A DNA stretch of 64,000 bases, taken from an uncultured Acidobacteriaceae bacterium. Its GTDB lineage: Bacteria; Acidobacteriota; Terriglobia; Terriglobales; Acidobacteriaceae. Within the stretch, counting starts at the first letter, position 1, and the number at the start of each line of letters is the position of its first letter. Below the pieces are notes generated by a model. That model was not told the origin of the DNA and made no database searches. It worked only from the letters and a program-made list of their open reading frames with translations. The translations under genes and the position numbers were made by a program. Positions 1-9,683 of the stretch are shown in pieces. The stretch is taken from the NCBI GenBank assembly GCA_964407505.1, contig CAYOVU010000162.1, forward strand, positions 27,247-91,246, read 5' to 3'.

Positions 1-318
1 TTTCGCACCGACACCAGTACCTTCAACTATGCGCAGCAGCTTATTGATTTAGCGTCATATCGTACCCTCGATCACGCTGCGAGAGTACATGTCCCCGTCC
101 TTATTATTGGCTGCGAATATGATCAGGTGGCTGCGGCAGCAAAGTCGAAAGTAGTAGCTAGGCTATTTACTACTAGCCGGCACGTGGAATTGCCGGGAGC
201 TACTCATTACTCGTTCTATGATCGGTCCGAGCAAGTAGCTGGGATTATAAAATGTTTTTTTAAAGAATCACAAGCCATTGCGTGTCGCAAAGATGCCGCA
301 GTTGGTGTTGGACAATAA
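1..318 (+). CDS. alpha/beta-fold hydrolase, C-terminal fragment (5' end outside the window)
   Basis: Frame 1 is open from the window edge to TAA at 316-318. The translation '...VHVPVLIIGCEYD...HVELPGATHYSFYD' looks like the C-terminal strand plus catalytic-His region of alpha/beta hydrolases. Confidence 0.5.
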   Translation, partial: FRTDTSTFNYAQQLIDLASYRTLDHAARVHVPVLIIGCEYDQVAAAAKSKVVARLFTTSRHVELPGATHYSFYDRSEQVAGIIKCFFKESQAIACRKDAAVGVGQ

Positions 319-376
319 GTTGTCTGCGAAGTTGACCTACTTGCTGTTAATCGACGATATACTAGTTGCGAATGTC

Positions 377-3300
377 CTACGGCCCAGCAATCGGCCGTGC
401 CAGCCGCTTAATAGGCGCAACTGCTTTGGCGGCAGGTGAGTGTGAAACGAGGTCGCTCAGTTGTGCAATCGTCGAAGCTGTGAATAACTGGCTCAGCGGC
501 AGCGCCACTCCTAATTCGTCAGTGATTCGCGCAATCACCTGTGTGGCCAGCAGCGAATGGCCGCCGATCCGGAAGAAGTCATCGTGGATTCCTATACGAT
601 CCAGTCCCAATGTCTGCTCCCAAATGGTAACTAGCTTTTGTTCAATCGCATTGCGCGGTGCCACATATGCTGGTTTTTCAGCCAACGTGTCAAGCTGACA
701 AGCGAGAACCTTGAGTGCCTTCTGGTGCACCAATCCATCTGAATCTCGGGGAATGTTTTCGACGCGATCAAATTTCTGAGGTACCATCAACTCCGGCAAC
801 CGCTCTCGCAGCCATGCCTGGGCAGCTTCAACGTTGAAGTCTTCACTTTCAGCTACAACAACGAAAGCTCTGACATCGCTGCTTAAAACCAGAACAGCCG
901 CATCCAGGATTCCTTCATAGCCCTGCAACGCACACTCAATTTCGCCTGCCTCCACGCGTACACCTGAGACCCAGCCTCGTCTGTCGCGGCGTCCACAAAA
1001 TTGCAGGCTGCCGTCGGCACGTCGCCAACCGAATTCGCCACTTCGGTAGATGTTGATGTCATTTACTTTTGCATCGCGCTCTGCCAGAAACACCGTCTTC
1101 GTGTTCTCCAGCAGATCATGGTCGCCGAATCCCAGACACTTTCCACCAATATAAAGTTCACCCACGATATTTTGCGGTAACGGCTGCCTCTGGTCATCCA
1201 GCAACCACAAGCACGTCTCCCCAGCAAGATAATCAGCGATTGTGGTGTTTTCCTCGGCCAACGAATAAAGCGCCCAGCAGCCGAATGTTTCGTTGTTTCC
1301 GCGAGATCGGTAGACCTTGTTCAAAACTTCCGGCATCAGATTCTGCTTCAGTTGCTCCAAATCAATTCCCTGATCGTCGGAAAAGATGATCGTTCTTACT
1401 GTCTTAAGCCCCCAATTGAACTCTCTGGCCAAACTTACCAAGTCATCGGCCTGAGGGTGCAGTACAGTCACCTTTTCGTCGCGCAGTATCGACGCTAGTT
1501 CGCGAGGGGTATATTCGTTGCCCAGATCGACGAGCGTCGTTCCGATTGCAAGGCGCCGCAGCAGTTCTGGAATTGCGCCATCCTCCCCTGGGAGTTTCAC
1601 GCTCAGGCCGACGCGGTCGGTCTCCTGAATTGCCACCGTACCCTCAAAAAACCTTGGCAACAGCGCGCTGTATGGAACAGCAACGCCCTTCGGCTTTCCC
1701 GAGGGATCCGACTGGTACAACACAACAGCTTCGCCAGTCTCGACGATGTTGCACTCATCAGTTGCTGCCTGCGCGAGGGGCGCTGAATCGTTCGCCACAC
1801 CTGCAAAAATAACGCGTACTCCGGTTTGCCGCACACGCTCGCTACTCCCCGCGTCCGTAATTGCCCACTCTGCACCCGCATCTTTGAATATGAATTGCAT
1901 GCGGGCGACTGGCTCTTCAACATCAACTGGCACGGCAACCGCACCTGCTTTAAATATTCCGAGGAGTGCGACGACCCCTTCAATTGCATTGCTCACGCAG
2001 ATACCTATCCGTGCGCCGGCTGCAATGCCGTGCGTACGCAGAACTTTTGCCAGTTGCTGCGCCCGTTGCTCCAAGTCGGCATAAGAAAGCCTCTGGCCGT
2101 TGCTGATAATTGCCATTTTTGTCTCAACGCGCGCGTGCCCCACCAGTCGACTTAGGAATCCTTCATCAGTTTCCGCTGTGGATAGAGACGCAGACCAACC
2201 CACGCCTAGCTTGTCCATCTCCGCTTCCGGAATCATGCGCGCCTCGGCAATAGGCCTGTCCGGCTCAGCCATAAGCCTCCGGATTAGAAATGTGAAGCGA
2301 TCGGCGAACCGGATGATGGTAGCTTGATCAAAAAGCTCGCTACTGTATTCGAAACTTGCTTTCACCACATCTCGAGATTCGGTCACAGCAAAAGTGAGTT
2401 CGAATTTTGCCGTATCACTGTCTACATCCGTTAGGTGGAGGTTCGCTGAACCGAGTTGCAAATCCAGCATAAATTCATTCTGATGCGAATACATGGTTTG
2501 AAAAAACGGGGTTCGGCCAAGATTGCGTTGAGGTGAAAGCTCCTCAACGAGCTTCTCGAAAGGCAAATCTTGATGGGCATAGGCATCAAGCGTGGTTTCT
2601 CTTGCTTCCTTGAGCAATTGGCGGAAGGTGACGCCGTCGGTAAACCTTGCTTTCATCACCATCGTGTTGACAAAGAATCCGATCAAGCTCTGGGTCTCGG
2701 TGCGCGTGCGTCCAGCGATAGGCGATCCGATGAGAATCTCTCTTTGTCCAGTGTGGCGGAATAGGAGAGCCTGAAAACCCGCCAATAAGACCATAAATAA
2801 GGTGGCGCCCTGCTCCTGCCCAAACTGCCGTAAGGCTCTTGTAAGACTTGCCTCGAGGTCGAAGTAGTATCGTGCGCCCCGGTTGCTTGAGGCTTGGCGG
2901 TGTGGGCGGTCGGTAACTAAATCCAATTCTGTTTGCACTCCATCGAGCTGGCGTTTCCAATAGTCGAGATGGAATTGCAGAGATTCGCCGCTGAGATGCT
3001 CCTGCTGCCAGGCTGTGTAGTCCACGTACTGGATAGGCAGTTCAGGAAGTGGCGAGGGCTTGCCCTGAGTGAATGCGTTGTACAGTGCGGCAAGTTCTCG
3101 CACCAGGACTCCAACCGACCAGCCGTCAGAAATAATATGGTGCATGGTCAGCACTAGCTGATGGTGCTGTTCTGCCAAACGCATCAGCGTAACCCTAAGC
3201 AAAGGTCCGCGACGGAGATCAAAGGGCTTCTTCGCCTCGTCACGCGAGATTTCGTCCGCTTTAGCCTGGCGTTCCTGTTCGGGAATCGACTGCAGATCGA

Positions 3301-3604
3301 GAAATTGCAGCGCCAGCGTCGCCTCTGAGTCGACGACCTGCTGCGGTTCCCCCTGATTGGCATCGAAACGAGTGCGCAACGATTCATGGCGTCGCACAAT
3401 TTCCTGCAAGCCTTTCTCCAGCGCATCTACATTGATCGGGCCCTTTATCTCCACTGCCCCGGGCACGCTATAAGTAGCATCGCTGGGCGTCAATTGGTCG
3501 AGAAACCATAAACGCCGCTGGGCAAAGGACGCAGGAAAAACAAAAACCTTTTGCGGATTAACTTGCTCGGCATCAATCTGGTTCAGAGCAGGAGTTGACG
3601 TCAT
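377..3604 (-). CDS. non-ribosomal peptide synthetase, single C-A-T module with no TE domain
   Basis: 1075-aa ORF. Condensation motif HHIISDG at 3122-3142. AMP-binding-like central region (GELYIGG, GRRDRRGWVSGVRVEAGEIE). Carrier-protein motif FFRIGGHSLLATQV near the C-terminus. Confidence 0.9.
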   Translation of the reverse strand: MTSTPALNQIDAEQVNPQKVFVFPASFAQRRLWFLDQLTPSDATYSVPGAVEIKGPINVDALEKGLQEIVRRHESLRTRFDANQGEPQQVVDSEATLALQFLDLQSIPEQERQAKADEISRDEAKKPFDLRRGPLLRVTLMRLAEQHHQLVLTMHHIISDGWSVGVLVRELAALYNAFTQGKPSPLPELPIQYVDYTAWQQEHLSGESLQFHLDYWKRQLDGVQTELDLVTDRPHRQASSNRGARYYFDLEASLTRALRQFGQEQGATLFMVLLAGFQALLFRHTGQREILIGSPIAGRTRTETQSLIGFFVNTMVMKARFTDGVTFRQLLKEARETTLDAYAHQDLPFEKLVEELSPQRNLGRTPFFQTMYSHQNEFMLDLQLGSANLHLTDVDSDTAKFELTFAVTESRDVVKASFEYSSELFDQATIIRFADRFTFLIRRLMAEPDRPIAEARMIPEAEMDKLGVGWSASLSTAETDEGFLSRLVGHARVETKMAIISNGQRLSYADLEQRAQQLAKVLRTHGIAAGARIGICVSNAIEGVVALLGIFKAGAVAVPVDVEEPVARMQFIFKDAGAEWAITDAGSSERVRQTGVRVIFAGVANDSAPLAQAATDECNIVETGEAVVLYQSDPSGKPKGVAVPYSALLPRFFEGTVAIQETDRVGLSVKLPGEDGAIPELLRRLAIGTTLVDLGNEYTPRELASILRDEKVTVLHPQADDLVSLAREFNWGLKTVRTIIFSDDQGIDLEQLKQNLMPEVLNKVYRSRGNNETFGCWALYSLAEENTTIADYLAGETCLWLLDDQRQPLPQNIVGELYIGGKCLGFGDHDLLENTKTVFLAERDAKVNDINIYRSGEFGWRRADGSLQFCGRRDRRGWVSGVRVEAGEIECALQGYEGILDAAVLVLSSDVRAFVVVAESEDFNVEAAQAWLRERLPELMVPQKFDRVENIPRDSDGLVHQKALKVLACQLDTLAEKPAYVAPRNAIEQKLVTIWEQTLGLDRIGIHDDFFRIGGHSLLATQVIARITDELGVALPLSQLFTASTIAQLSDLVSHSPAAKAVAPIKRLARPIAGP

Positions 3605-4203
3605 AACCTATCCTTGGATACGCCATCGTTTCTCTACGCGTATTTGTAGTAGTTAAGAGTAAGAGCCGCACTTACGCTTTACTTGATATAACTCGGATAC
3701 CTCACAAGTCGAGGTCCGGAGGATAGAACGGTAAAAATAACTGCCTTTGTTTGGCATCAGTCCCCAATAAATATAGGGATCCAGCCAAACATTTATTTTA
3801 ATTAACCTAACTGCCGGGGGAACAGTCTGCGTGGCCCAGAGACAAAAACTCCCCACTCAACCAATCGGGACCGTCTGCACGTTACGACTCTAAAGCATGC
3901 ACGTTAAGTTGTTTGTCCGATTCGCGTGCCGAACGTCCGAGTTAGAGCTGGTTGCAACGAGGCGTCTATTATAGGTACAAGCGCTAAACGTAGATCCATT
4001 CGCGCAAGTCTGTTACGAAATCCGAACATTTATGTAATGAAGAAGGCGGCATTGATCTAAGTATTTATCCAACAGCCTATTCATTGGAAATATCGTGATA
4101 GTGCACGTTCTGTTTACGATTGATGTGTAACTATGGGTTTAGAAGCTGGATGATCGGAAGGATTTCTAATTAATTCGGTTGCAAATTGCGCAAGTGTATA
4201 GTT

Positions 4204-4244
4204 GTTGGGTACTGTCTTAACACTGTGTTAAGACAGTACCCAAC
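4204..4244 (-). terminator. 18-bp perfect stem-loop just downstream of the dcp stop codon
   Basis: GTTGGGTACTGTCTTAAC / loop ACTGT / GTTAAGACAGTACCCAAC. It lies 16 nt beyond the dcp stop at 4260-4262. No clear U-tract on either strand. Confidence 0.45.
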
Positions 4245-4259
4245 TCTTGCCTGTCACCT

Positions 4260-6431
4260 TTATTTTGCCGGGGATTCATCCAAGCCACGATACTTCAACA
4301 TCGCCTTCGAATTTGGCAGCACCCCGCGCCACGCCTCGTACATCTTGGCGAGGTCCTCCGTATTGCCGCGGGATAGAACCATCTTGCGGAAGCGATCACC
4401 ATTGGCACGGCTGAGTTCCCCATGTTCATTGAACCACTCGTAGGCATCGTCGGCGAGCATCTGAGTCCAGAGATAAGCGTAGTAACCTGCGCTGTAACCT
4501 CCTTGCCAGATGTGGCTGAAAAATGTGGATCGATAACGAGGCGGGACGTAACTTACATTCAGGTGAGTCTTGTCGAGCGCCTGCTTTTCGAACTCATCCG
4601 GATTCTGGAGCGGAGCCTGCGGAGTGAGGAAATGCCACTGCATATCGAGTTCGGCTGCGGCAAGCAGTTCGGTCATGTCGTAACCTTTGTTGAAAGTGGC
4701 GGCTTTCCTGATCCGCGCGGCGAGTTCCTCCGGCATAAGAGCGCCGGTCTTGTAGTGCCTTACGTAATGGGCAAAGATCGATGGATAAAGGGCCCAGTGT
4801 TCGTTGAACTGCGAAGGAAATTCTACGAAGTCACGAGCGGTCGAGGTTCCGGCCAGAGTGGGGTATTTGGCATTGGAGAACATGCCGTGCAATGCATGTC
4901 CAAACTCGTGGAACATCGTAACCACGTCCGTGAAACTGATCAGGGCAGGCTCGCCTTCGGCGGGCTTAGGCAGGTTAGCGACGTTGTAGACGACGGGAGT
5001 GTTTCCAAGTAAGCGGGACTGGCCTACGAATTCCGACATCCAGGCGCCGCCGTTCTTGTTGTCGCGTTTGAAGTAGTCGCAATAGAAAATTGCCAGGTGC
5101 TTCCCGTCCGCGTCAAACACCTCGTAGACACGCACGTCCGGTTGGTAGACAGGGATATCATGCCGCTCTTTGAATGTGATGCCATAAAGCTGAGTGGCAG
5201 CGTAGAAGACGCCATTCTGCAATACATTGTTCAGCTCGAAGTAGGGTTTCACCTCGGCATCATCTAAATCGTAGCGGGCTTTACGAACCTGATCGGCGTA
5301 AAAGTTCCAATCCCACGGCTGGAGTTGGAAGCCACCTTTCTGCGCGTCGATGATATCCTGAATGTCCTTGGCTTCATGAGCCGCTTTTTCGGTGGCGGCA
5401 GGAACGATAGCATCCATGAACCGCAAAGCCGCTTCAGGTGTTTTCGCCATCTGATCTTCAAGCTTCCATGCGGCGAAACTCGGAAAGCCGAGCAATTTTG
5501 CTTTTTGGGCGCGAAGCTGCGCGAGATGAGCGATGGTATCGCGAGTGTCGTTGGCGTCGCCGCGTTCGGTGCGGTTCCAAGAGTGCTCGAAGATCGCCTG
5601 CCGGGTAGCACGGTCGCTGAGCGAAACGAGGTCGGGCTGCTGAGTAGTATTTTGAAGTGGAATGACAAACCCTTCGACTTGGCGGCTCTTGGCGGCTTGC
5701 GTGGCGGCAGCAATGCGAGCCTCGGAGAATCCGGCAAGGGCGGCTTTATCGGTCGTGCTGTAGGCGCCCTGCTTGGAAGCGGCGAGAATTTTATTGGTAT
5801 AGGTGTTTGAAAGTGCAGAGATCTCTTCGTTAAGTCTTCGGAGTTCAGTCTTGTCGGCTTCGGAAAGATTGGCTCCGGCATGCACGAAATTGTCGTAGTA
5901 GCGCTCCACCAGACGGAGAGATTCGGCGTCAAGTCTTAGCGCAGCGCGCTGTTTGTAAATGGCAGCTACGCGAGCGAAAAGTTTCGTGTTGAGAAAAATG
6001 AAGTCGTGGTGAGCGGCAAGTTTAGGGGCTTCAAGAGTCTTCACCTTCTGAAGAGTGTCATTCGTATTCGCCCCAGTGATTCCGTCAAATACCGTCATGA
6101 CGCGATCAAGCAGCTGGCCCGTCTTCTCCATGGCCACGATCGTGTTGTCGAAGGTGGGAGGGGCAGAATTGTCGGCGATTGCCTGTACTTCGGCCTGTTG
6201 CACGGCCATGCCGGCCTCGATGGCGGGCTGAAAGTCTTCGTCCTTTATCTTGTCGAATGGCGGAGCATGAAAAGGCAGCGTGCTGGGCGAAAAAAATGGG
6301 TTGGAAGGACCAAAATCCGCGGCTGCGGCGAGCGCAGGATTGGCGGAGGGAATCGCGATAGCTCCGGTTACGATCATAATATTCAAGAATAACAGGGTAA
6401 TGTTCGAGGCGTTAAATCGGGTGAGGGTCAT
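4260..6431 (-). CDS. dcp: peptidyl-dipeptidase Dcp (M3 family zinc metallopeptidase), exported
   Basis: 723 aa. HEFGHALH zinc motif. N-terminal hydrophobic signal (IVTGAIAIPSANPALA). Overall M3 Dcp-like sequence. Confidence 0.9.
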   Translation of the reverse strand: MTLTRFNASNITLLFLNIMIVTGAIAIPSANPALAAAADFGPSNPFFSPSTLPFHAPPFDKIKDEDFQPAIEAGMAVQQAEVQAIADNSAPPTFDNTIVAMEKTGQLLDRVMTVFDGITGANTNDTLQKVKTLEAPKLAAHHDFIFLNTKLFARVAAIYKQRAALRLDAESLRLVERYYDNFVHAGANLSEADKTELRRLNEEISALSNTYTNKILAASKQGAYSTTDKAALAGFSEARIAAATQAAKSRQVEGFVIPLQNTTQQPDLVSLSDRATRQAIFEHSWNRTERGDANDTRDTIAHLAQLRAQKAKLLGFPSFAAWKLEDQMAKTPEAALRFMDAIVPAATEKAAHEAKDIQDIIDAQKGGFQLQPWDWNFYADQVRKARYDLDDAEVKPYFELNNVLQNGVFYAATQLYGITFKERHDIPVYQPDVRVYEVFDADGKHLAIFYCDYFKRDNKNGGAWMSEFVGQSRLLGNTPVVYNVANLPKPAEGEPALISFTDVVTMFHEFGHALHGMFSNAKYPTLAGTSTARDFVEFPSQFNEHWALYPSIFAHYVRHYKTGALMPEELAARIRKAATFNKGYDMTELLAAAELDMQWHFLTPQAPLQNPDEFEKQALDKTHLNVSYVPPRYRSTFFSHIWQGGYSAGYYAYLWTQMLADDAYEWFNEHGELSRANGDRFRKMVLSRGNTEDLAKMYEAWRGVLPNSKAMLKYRGLDESPAK

Positions 6432-6545
6432 ATATTAGAAGTTCCTTGGCGGCTCGACTGCAACAATCCGCCGGTTATGAAAGCACGTTGGAGAGCCATC
6501 GGACGCTCTGTTTGCGCCGGAAGGATCGAAATGTTTGCGTTCGAA

Positions 6546-7457
6546 TCAGGCAATGTCCCGATATGCTGGGCGCTGCATGACTCGGCGCACACTGTCCAGG
6601 AAAGAGAAGACAGCGGCGGCCCGTTCGTTCTTGCGCCATGCCATGTAAAGTTCGATTTTGACCTCAGGCTCACTCAGCCGGATCGACACCAGATCGACAC
6701 CGGGAACCGAATGATTAGCGTTCGCTCCAACTCCCAGCAGAATCGCCTTGCCCGCCGCGACCATCAGCGCGCCGGCTTCTTCATCCTCGACATGGGTTAC
6801 GGTAAGATGTGACCTCAAGCCTTGCCTGCTGTACAGCCCCAATATTTTGTCGTACAGCCAACTGGAGAAACTACGGTCAAAAATGATCGACGTCTCGCCG
6901 GCAATGTCTTTCGCTCTCAAAAATCTGCGTTTTGCCAGGCGGTGCATGGCTGGAAGGACGACGACAAACTCCTCTTCGAACAGCAATTCACAATCCAGGT
7001 GAGCGTGGTCGATGGGGGGACGGAAAAAGCCAATGTCAATTTCTCCGTTTCGCAGCGCCTCATTTTGCAGGCTGGAGCAGAGGTCCTTGCGCTGCACGTC
7101 CAATGCGGGGAAGCGCTTACAGTGCTCCGCTACGGCCGCGCTGAGCACGCCTCCCAGACGGGAGGGAATGCCAATCTTAATGGTGCCGCATTCTCCTTCA
7201 TGAGCGTGGCGAGCCGCTTCCATTGCATGTCCGGCCTGCGCCACAAGCTTTCTCGCTTCTTCGAGAAAGACGCGGCCCTCCTTAGTCAAGGCCACGCCCC
7301 TTTTATTGCGCAGAAAGAGGGCAACACCAAGGTCCTCTTCCAGTTGTCGGATCTGGCGGCTGAGGGGCGGTTGCGCGATGTGCAGTTGCTGCGCTGCTCT
7401 GCTGAAGTTGAGGCACTCAGCAACCGCTATGAAGTACCGAACATGACGGAGTTCCAC
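6546..7457 (-). CDS. LysR-family transcriptional regulator
   Basis: The N-terminus (M)ELRHVRYFIAVAECLNFSRAAQQLHIAQPPLSRQIRQLE is a typical LysR wHTH. The GTG at 7457 yields the canonical MELRH start. The ORF track extends to a TTG at 7466. Confidence 0.9.
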   Translation of the reverse strand: MELRHVRYFIAVAECLNFSRAAQQLHIAQPPLSRQIRQLEEDLGVALFLRNKRGVALTKEGRVFLEEARKLVAQAGHAMEAARHAHEGECGTIKIGIPSRLGGVLSAAVAEHCKRFPALDVQRKDLCSSLQNEALRNGEIDIGFFRPPIDHAHLDCELLFEEEFVVVLPAMHRLAKRRFLRAKDIAGETSIIFDRSFSSWLYDKILGLYSRQGLRSHLTVTHVEDEEAGALMVAAGKAILLGVGANANHSVPGVDLVSIRLSEPEVKIELYMAWRKNERAAAVFSFLDSVRRVMQRPAYRDIA

Positions 7458-7470
7458 GGCGAGCAATTCT

Positions 7471-7485
7471 ATACCCTTTGGGTAT
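7471..7485. promoter_or_regulatory. candidate LysR box (T-N11-A palindrome)
   Basis: Perfect palindrome ATACCC-TTT-GGGTAT, which contains T-N11-A. It lies 14 nt upstream of the LysR start, in the divergent region toward DUF485/actP. Confidence 0.4.
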
Positions 7486-7711
7486 GCTTCCGAACTTCTT
7501 TTCCACTCGACGAACCATAAGCAGAGATTCCGTAAAACAAAACACCCTCACAGCTCGACTCCTACTGCCAGCCTCGGGCGACCCCGATGAGTCGTTGTAA
7601 AGATCAGTAGCGTTCATACCTCTTGAGTATCGTTGTCAAACGAAAAAGGTAAAAGCATATGAAGCGTGGGATGCGAAGAAGACGTGTACAATCCCTGAGC
7701 GCCAGACCCAT

Positions 7712-8065
7712 ATGAATCCTGCGGAGGAGTCCAATTCGAGCCGCCTGCCGAACAAAGCAGACTGGACTCGCATTGCGAACAGCGCGCAATTTCGGCAACT
7801 GCTTGCCGTCAAGAGATCTTTCATTCTTCCGGTTTTCGTTTTCTTTCTTGCATATTATTTGCTGCTTCCCGTGCTTGTCGGCTACGCACCACGACTGATG
7901 TCTACCCGGGTTGTCGGAACCGTGACCGTGGCGTACCTGTTTGCGCTCTCTCAGTTTGTCGTGGGATGGACCATCGCATGGTTGTACCTGAGGGCTTCCT
8001 CCAGATTCGATAAGCTCGTCCAAGATTTACTAGAGCACGAGGGCCACATCAGAGGAGAAAGATAA
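7712..8065 (+). CDS. DUF485 (YjcH-like) small membrane protein
   Basis: 117 aa with two hydrophobic helices. It abuts an SSF acetate-type symporter (stop TAA 8063-8065, next start 8066), which is the classic yjcH-actP arrangement. Confidence 0.8.
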   Translation: MNPAEESNSSRLPNKADWTRIANSAQFRQLLAVKRSFILPVFVFFLAYYLLLPVLVGYAPRLMSTRVVGTVTVAYLFALSQFVVGWTIAWLYLRASSRFDKLVQDLLEHEGHIRGER

Positions 8066-9670
8066 TTGCCCGCATCTCTGGTTGTTTTCTTTCTGTTTGT
8101 CGCCGCAACGTTAGGAATTACCATTTGGGCTGCGAGGCACTCTCACGGAGCCAGTGCATACTTCGCTGCTGGACGGCAGATCACCGCATGGCAAAACGGA
8201 TTTGCCATCGCGGGAGACTTCATGAGCGGGGCGGCATTTCTCGGCATCGTCGGACTTATTTCGCTGCAAGGCTTTGATGGTTTTCTTTACTCCGTCGGCG
8301 GAATCATCGCCTATGTGACGGTTCTATTACTGATCGCCGAACCGCTGCGCAATGCCGGTAAGTACACCATGGGCGATGTGCTTGCATACCGTTTCCGGCC
8401 GCGACCGGTGCGGGCGCTGGCCGCTCTAAGTACGCTGACTATTATTACCGGGTACATGATCGCGCAGATGATTAGCGCCGGTGCGCTGGTGAACTTGCTG
8501 CTTGCGGGCTCGGGGATTAGCTATAACACAGCGGTCACCGGATTTGGCGTTCTGATGATGATTTACGTCGTCTTTGGTGGGATGCTGGCGACAACTTGGG
8601 TTCAAATCGTTAAGGCTGCGCTGTTGTCGAGTTGCATGGTGGTGATTGTCGTATTGGTGCTGGCGCATTTTGATTTCAATCTCGGCAAGTTTTTTTCCGC
8701 GGCCAGTCGTGTGACTTATCACCAGCAGGGGCAATTGGTAGTTATGGATTTCCTTCGGCCCGGTTTGCGCTACAAACCTCCGCACGGACCCCTCGACCTG
8801 ATTTCACTGGGACTCGCCTTGCTTTTCGGAACGGCTGGGCTGCCTCATATCCTGATGCGCTTCTACACCGTTCCCGATGCCAAAACCGCGCGTGAGAGTG
8901 TTGTATGGGCGATGGTCCTCATCGGAAGCTTCTTTGTGATGACCTCGGTGGTTGGGCTCGGCGCGGCTTCCATCGTCGGGCCGGACTACATAGTTGCTCA
9001 TGGCGGCACCAACATGGGAGGGCCGCTGCTGGCGCGATCACTGGGAGGCGAACTTCTTCTGGCTGTGGTGTCAGCGGTTGCCTTCGCAACAATTTTGGCG
9101 GTGGTTGCAGGATTAACCATCAGCGCCTCGACTTCTTTTGCTCACGATTTCTGGGTCAACGTCATTCATCGCGGTGTCGAACGCAGATCAGGCGAAACTG
9201 TGCTGGTAGCGCGGATTGCCGCACTCGGCGTTGGAGTGATGTCGATACTAATTGCAATTGTTCTGGGTCCCGCGGCGAACGCAGGCATTCTTGCAACTCT
9301 GGCCATGGCCGTGGCAGCCTCCGCTAATTTTCCGGTTATCCTGCTTTCGATTTTCTGGCGACGATTTAACACCGCGGGGGCGGTTGCCGGTTTATCTGTG
9401 GGATTGCTGGCCTCAATTGGTCTCATCTTGATCAGCCCAACATTTATGGGGATCGATGCTCCGGAGGCCGCAACGGCGGCTCGTCATCTGATTCAGGCAC
9501 AAGCGTGGTTTCCACTGGAAAACCCCGGACTTCTTAGTGTGCCTCTCGGTTTTGTGAGTGCGATCATCGGAACGCTATTAAGCCGTGAACCCGGTTCCGA
9601 ATCAAAATTCAACGAACTGCTGGTTCGCGCGAATACGGGTCTGGGAGCAGAACAGTCTGTGGCAAACTGA
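8066..9670 (+). CDS. actP: cation/acetate symporter, ActP-like (sodium:solute symporter family)
   Basis: 534-aa polytopic membrane protein. SSF-like sequence (GRQITAWQNGFAIAGDFMSGAAFLG). Paired with DUF485. TTG start. Confidence 0.8.
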   Translation: MPASLVVFFLFVAATLGITIWAARHSHGASAYFAAGRQITAWQNGFAIAGDFMSGAAFLGIVGLISLQGFDGFLYSVGGIIAYVTVLLLIAEPLRNAGKYTMGDVLAYRFRPRPVRALAALSTLTIITGYMIAQMISAGALVNLLLAGSGISYNTAVTGFGVLMMIYVVFGGMLATTWVQIVKAALLSSCMVVIVVLVLAHFDFNLGKFFSAASRVTYHQQGQLVVMDFLRPGLRYKPPHGPLDLISLGLALLFGTAGLPHILMRFYTVPDAKTARESVVWAMVLIGSFFVMTSVVGLGAASIVGPDYIVAHGGTNMGGPLLARSLGGELLLAVVSAVAFATILAVVAGLTISASTSFAHDFWVNVIHRGVERRSGETVLVARIAALGVGVMSILIAIVLGPAANAGILATLAMAVAASANFPVILLSIFWRRFNTAGAVAGLSVGLLASIGLILISPTFMGIDAPEAATAARHLIQAQAWFPLENPGLLSVPLGFVSAIIGTLLSREPGSESKFNELLVRANTGLGAEQSVAN

Positions 9671-9683
9671 ACCAAGTCTGTCC

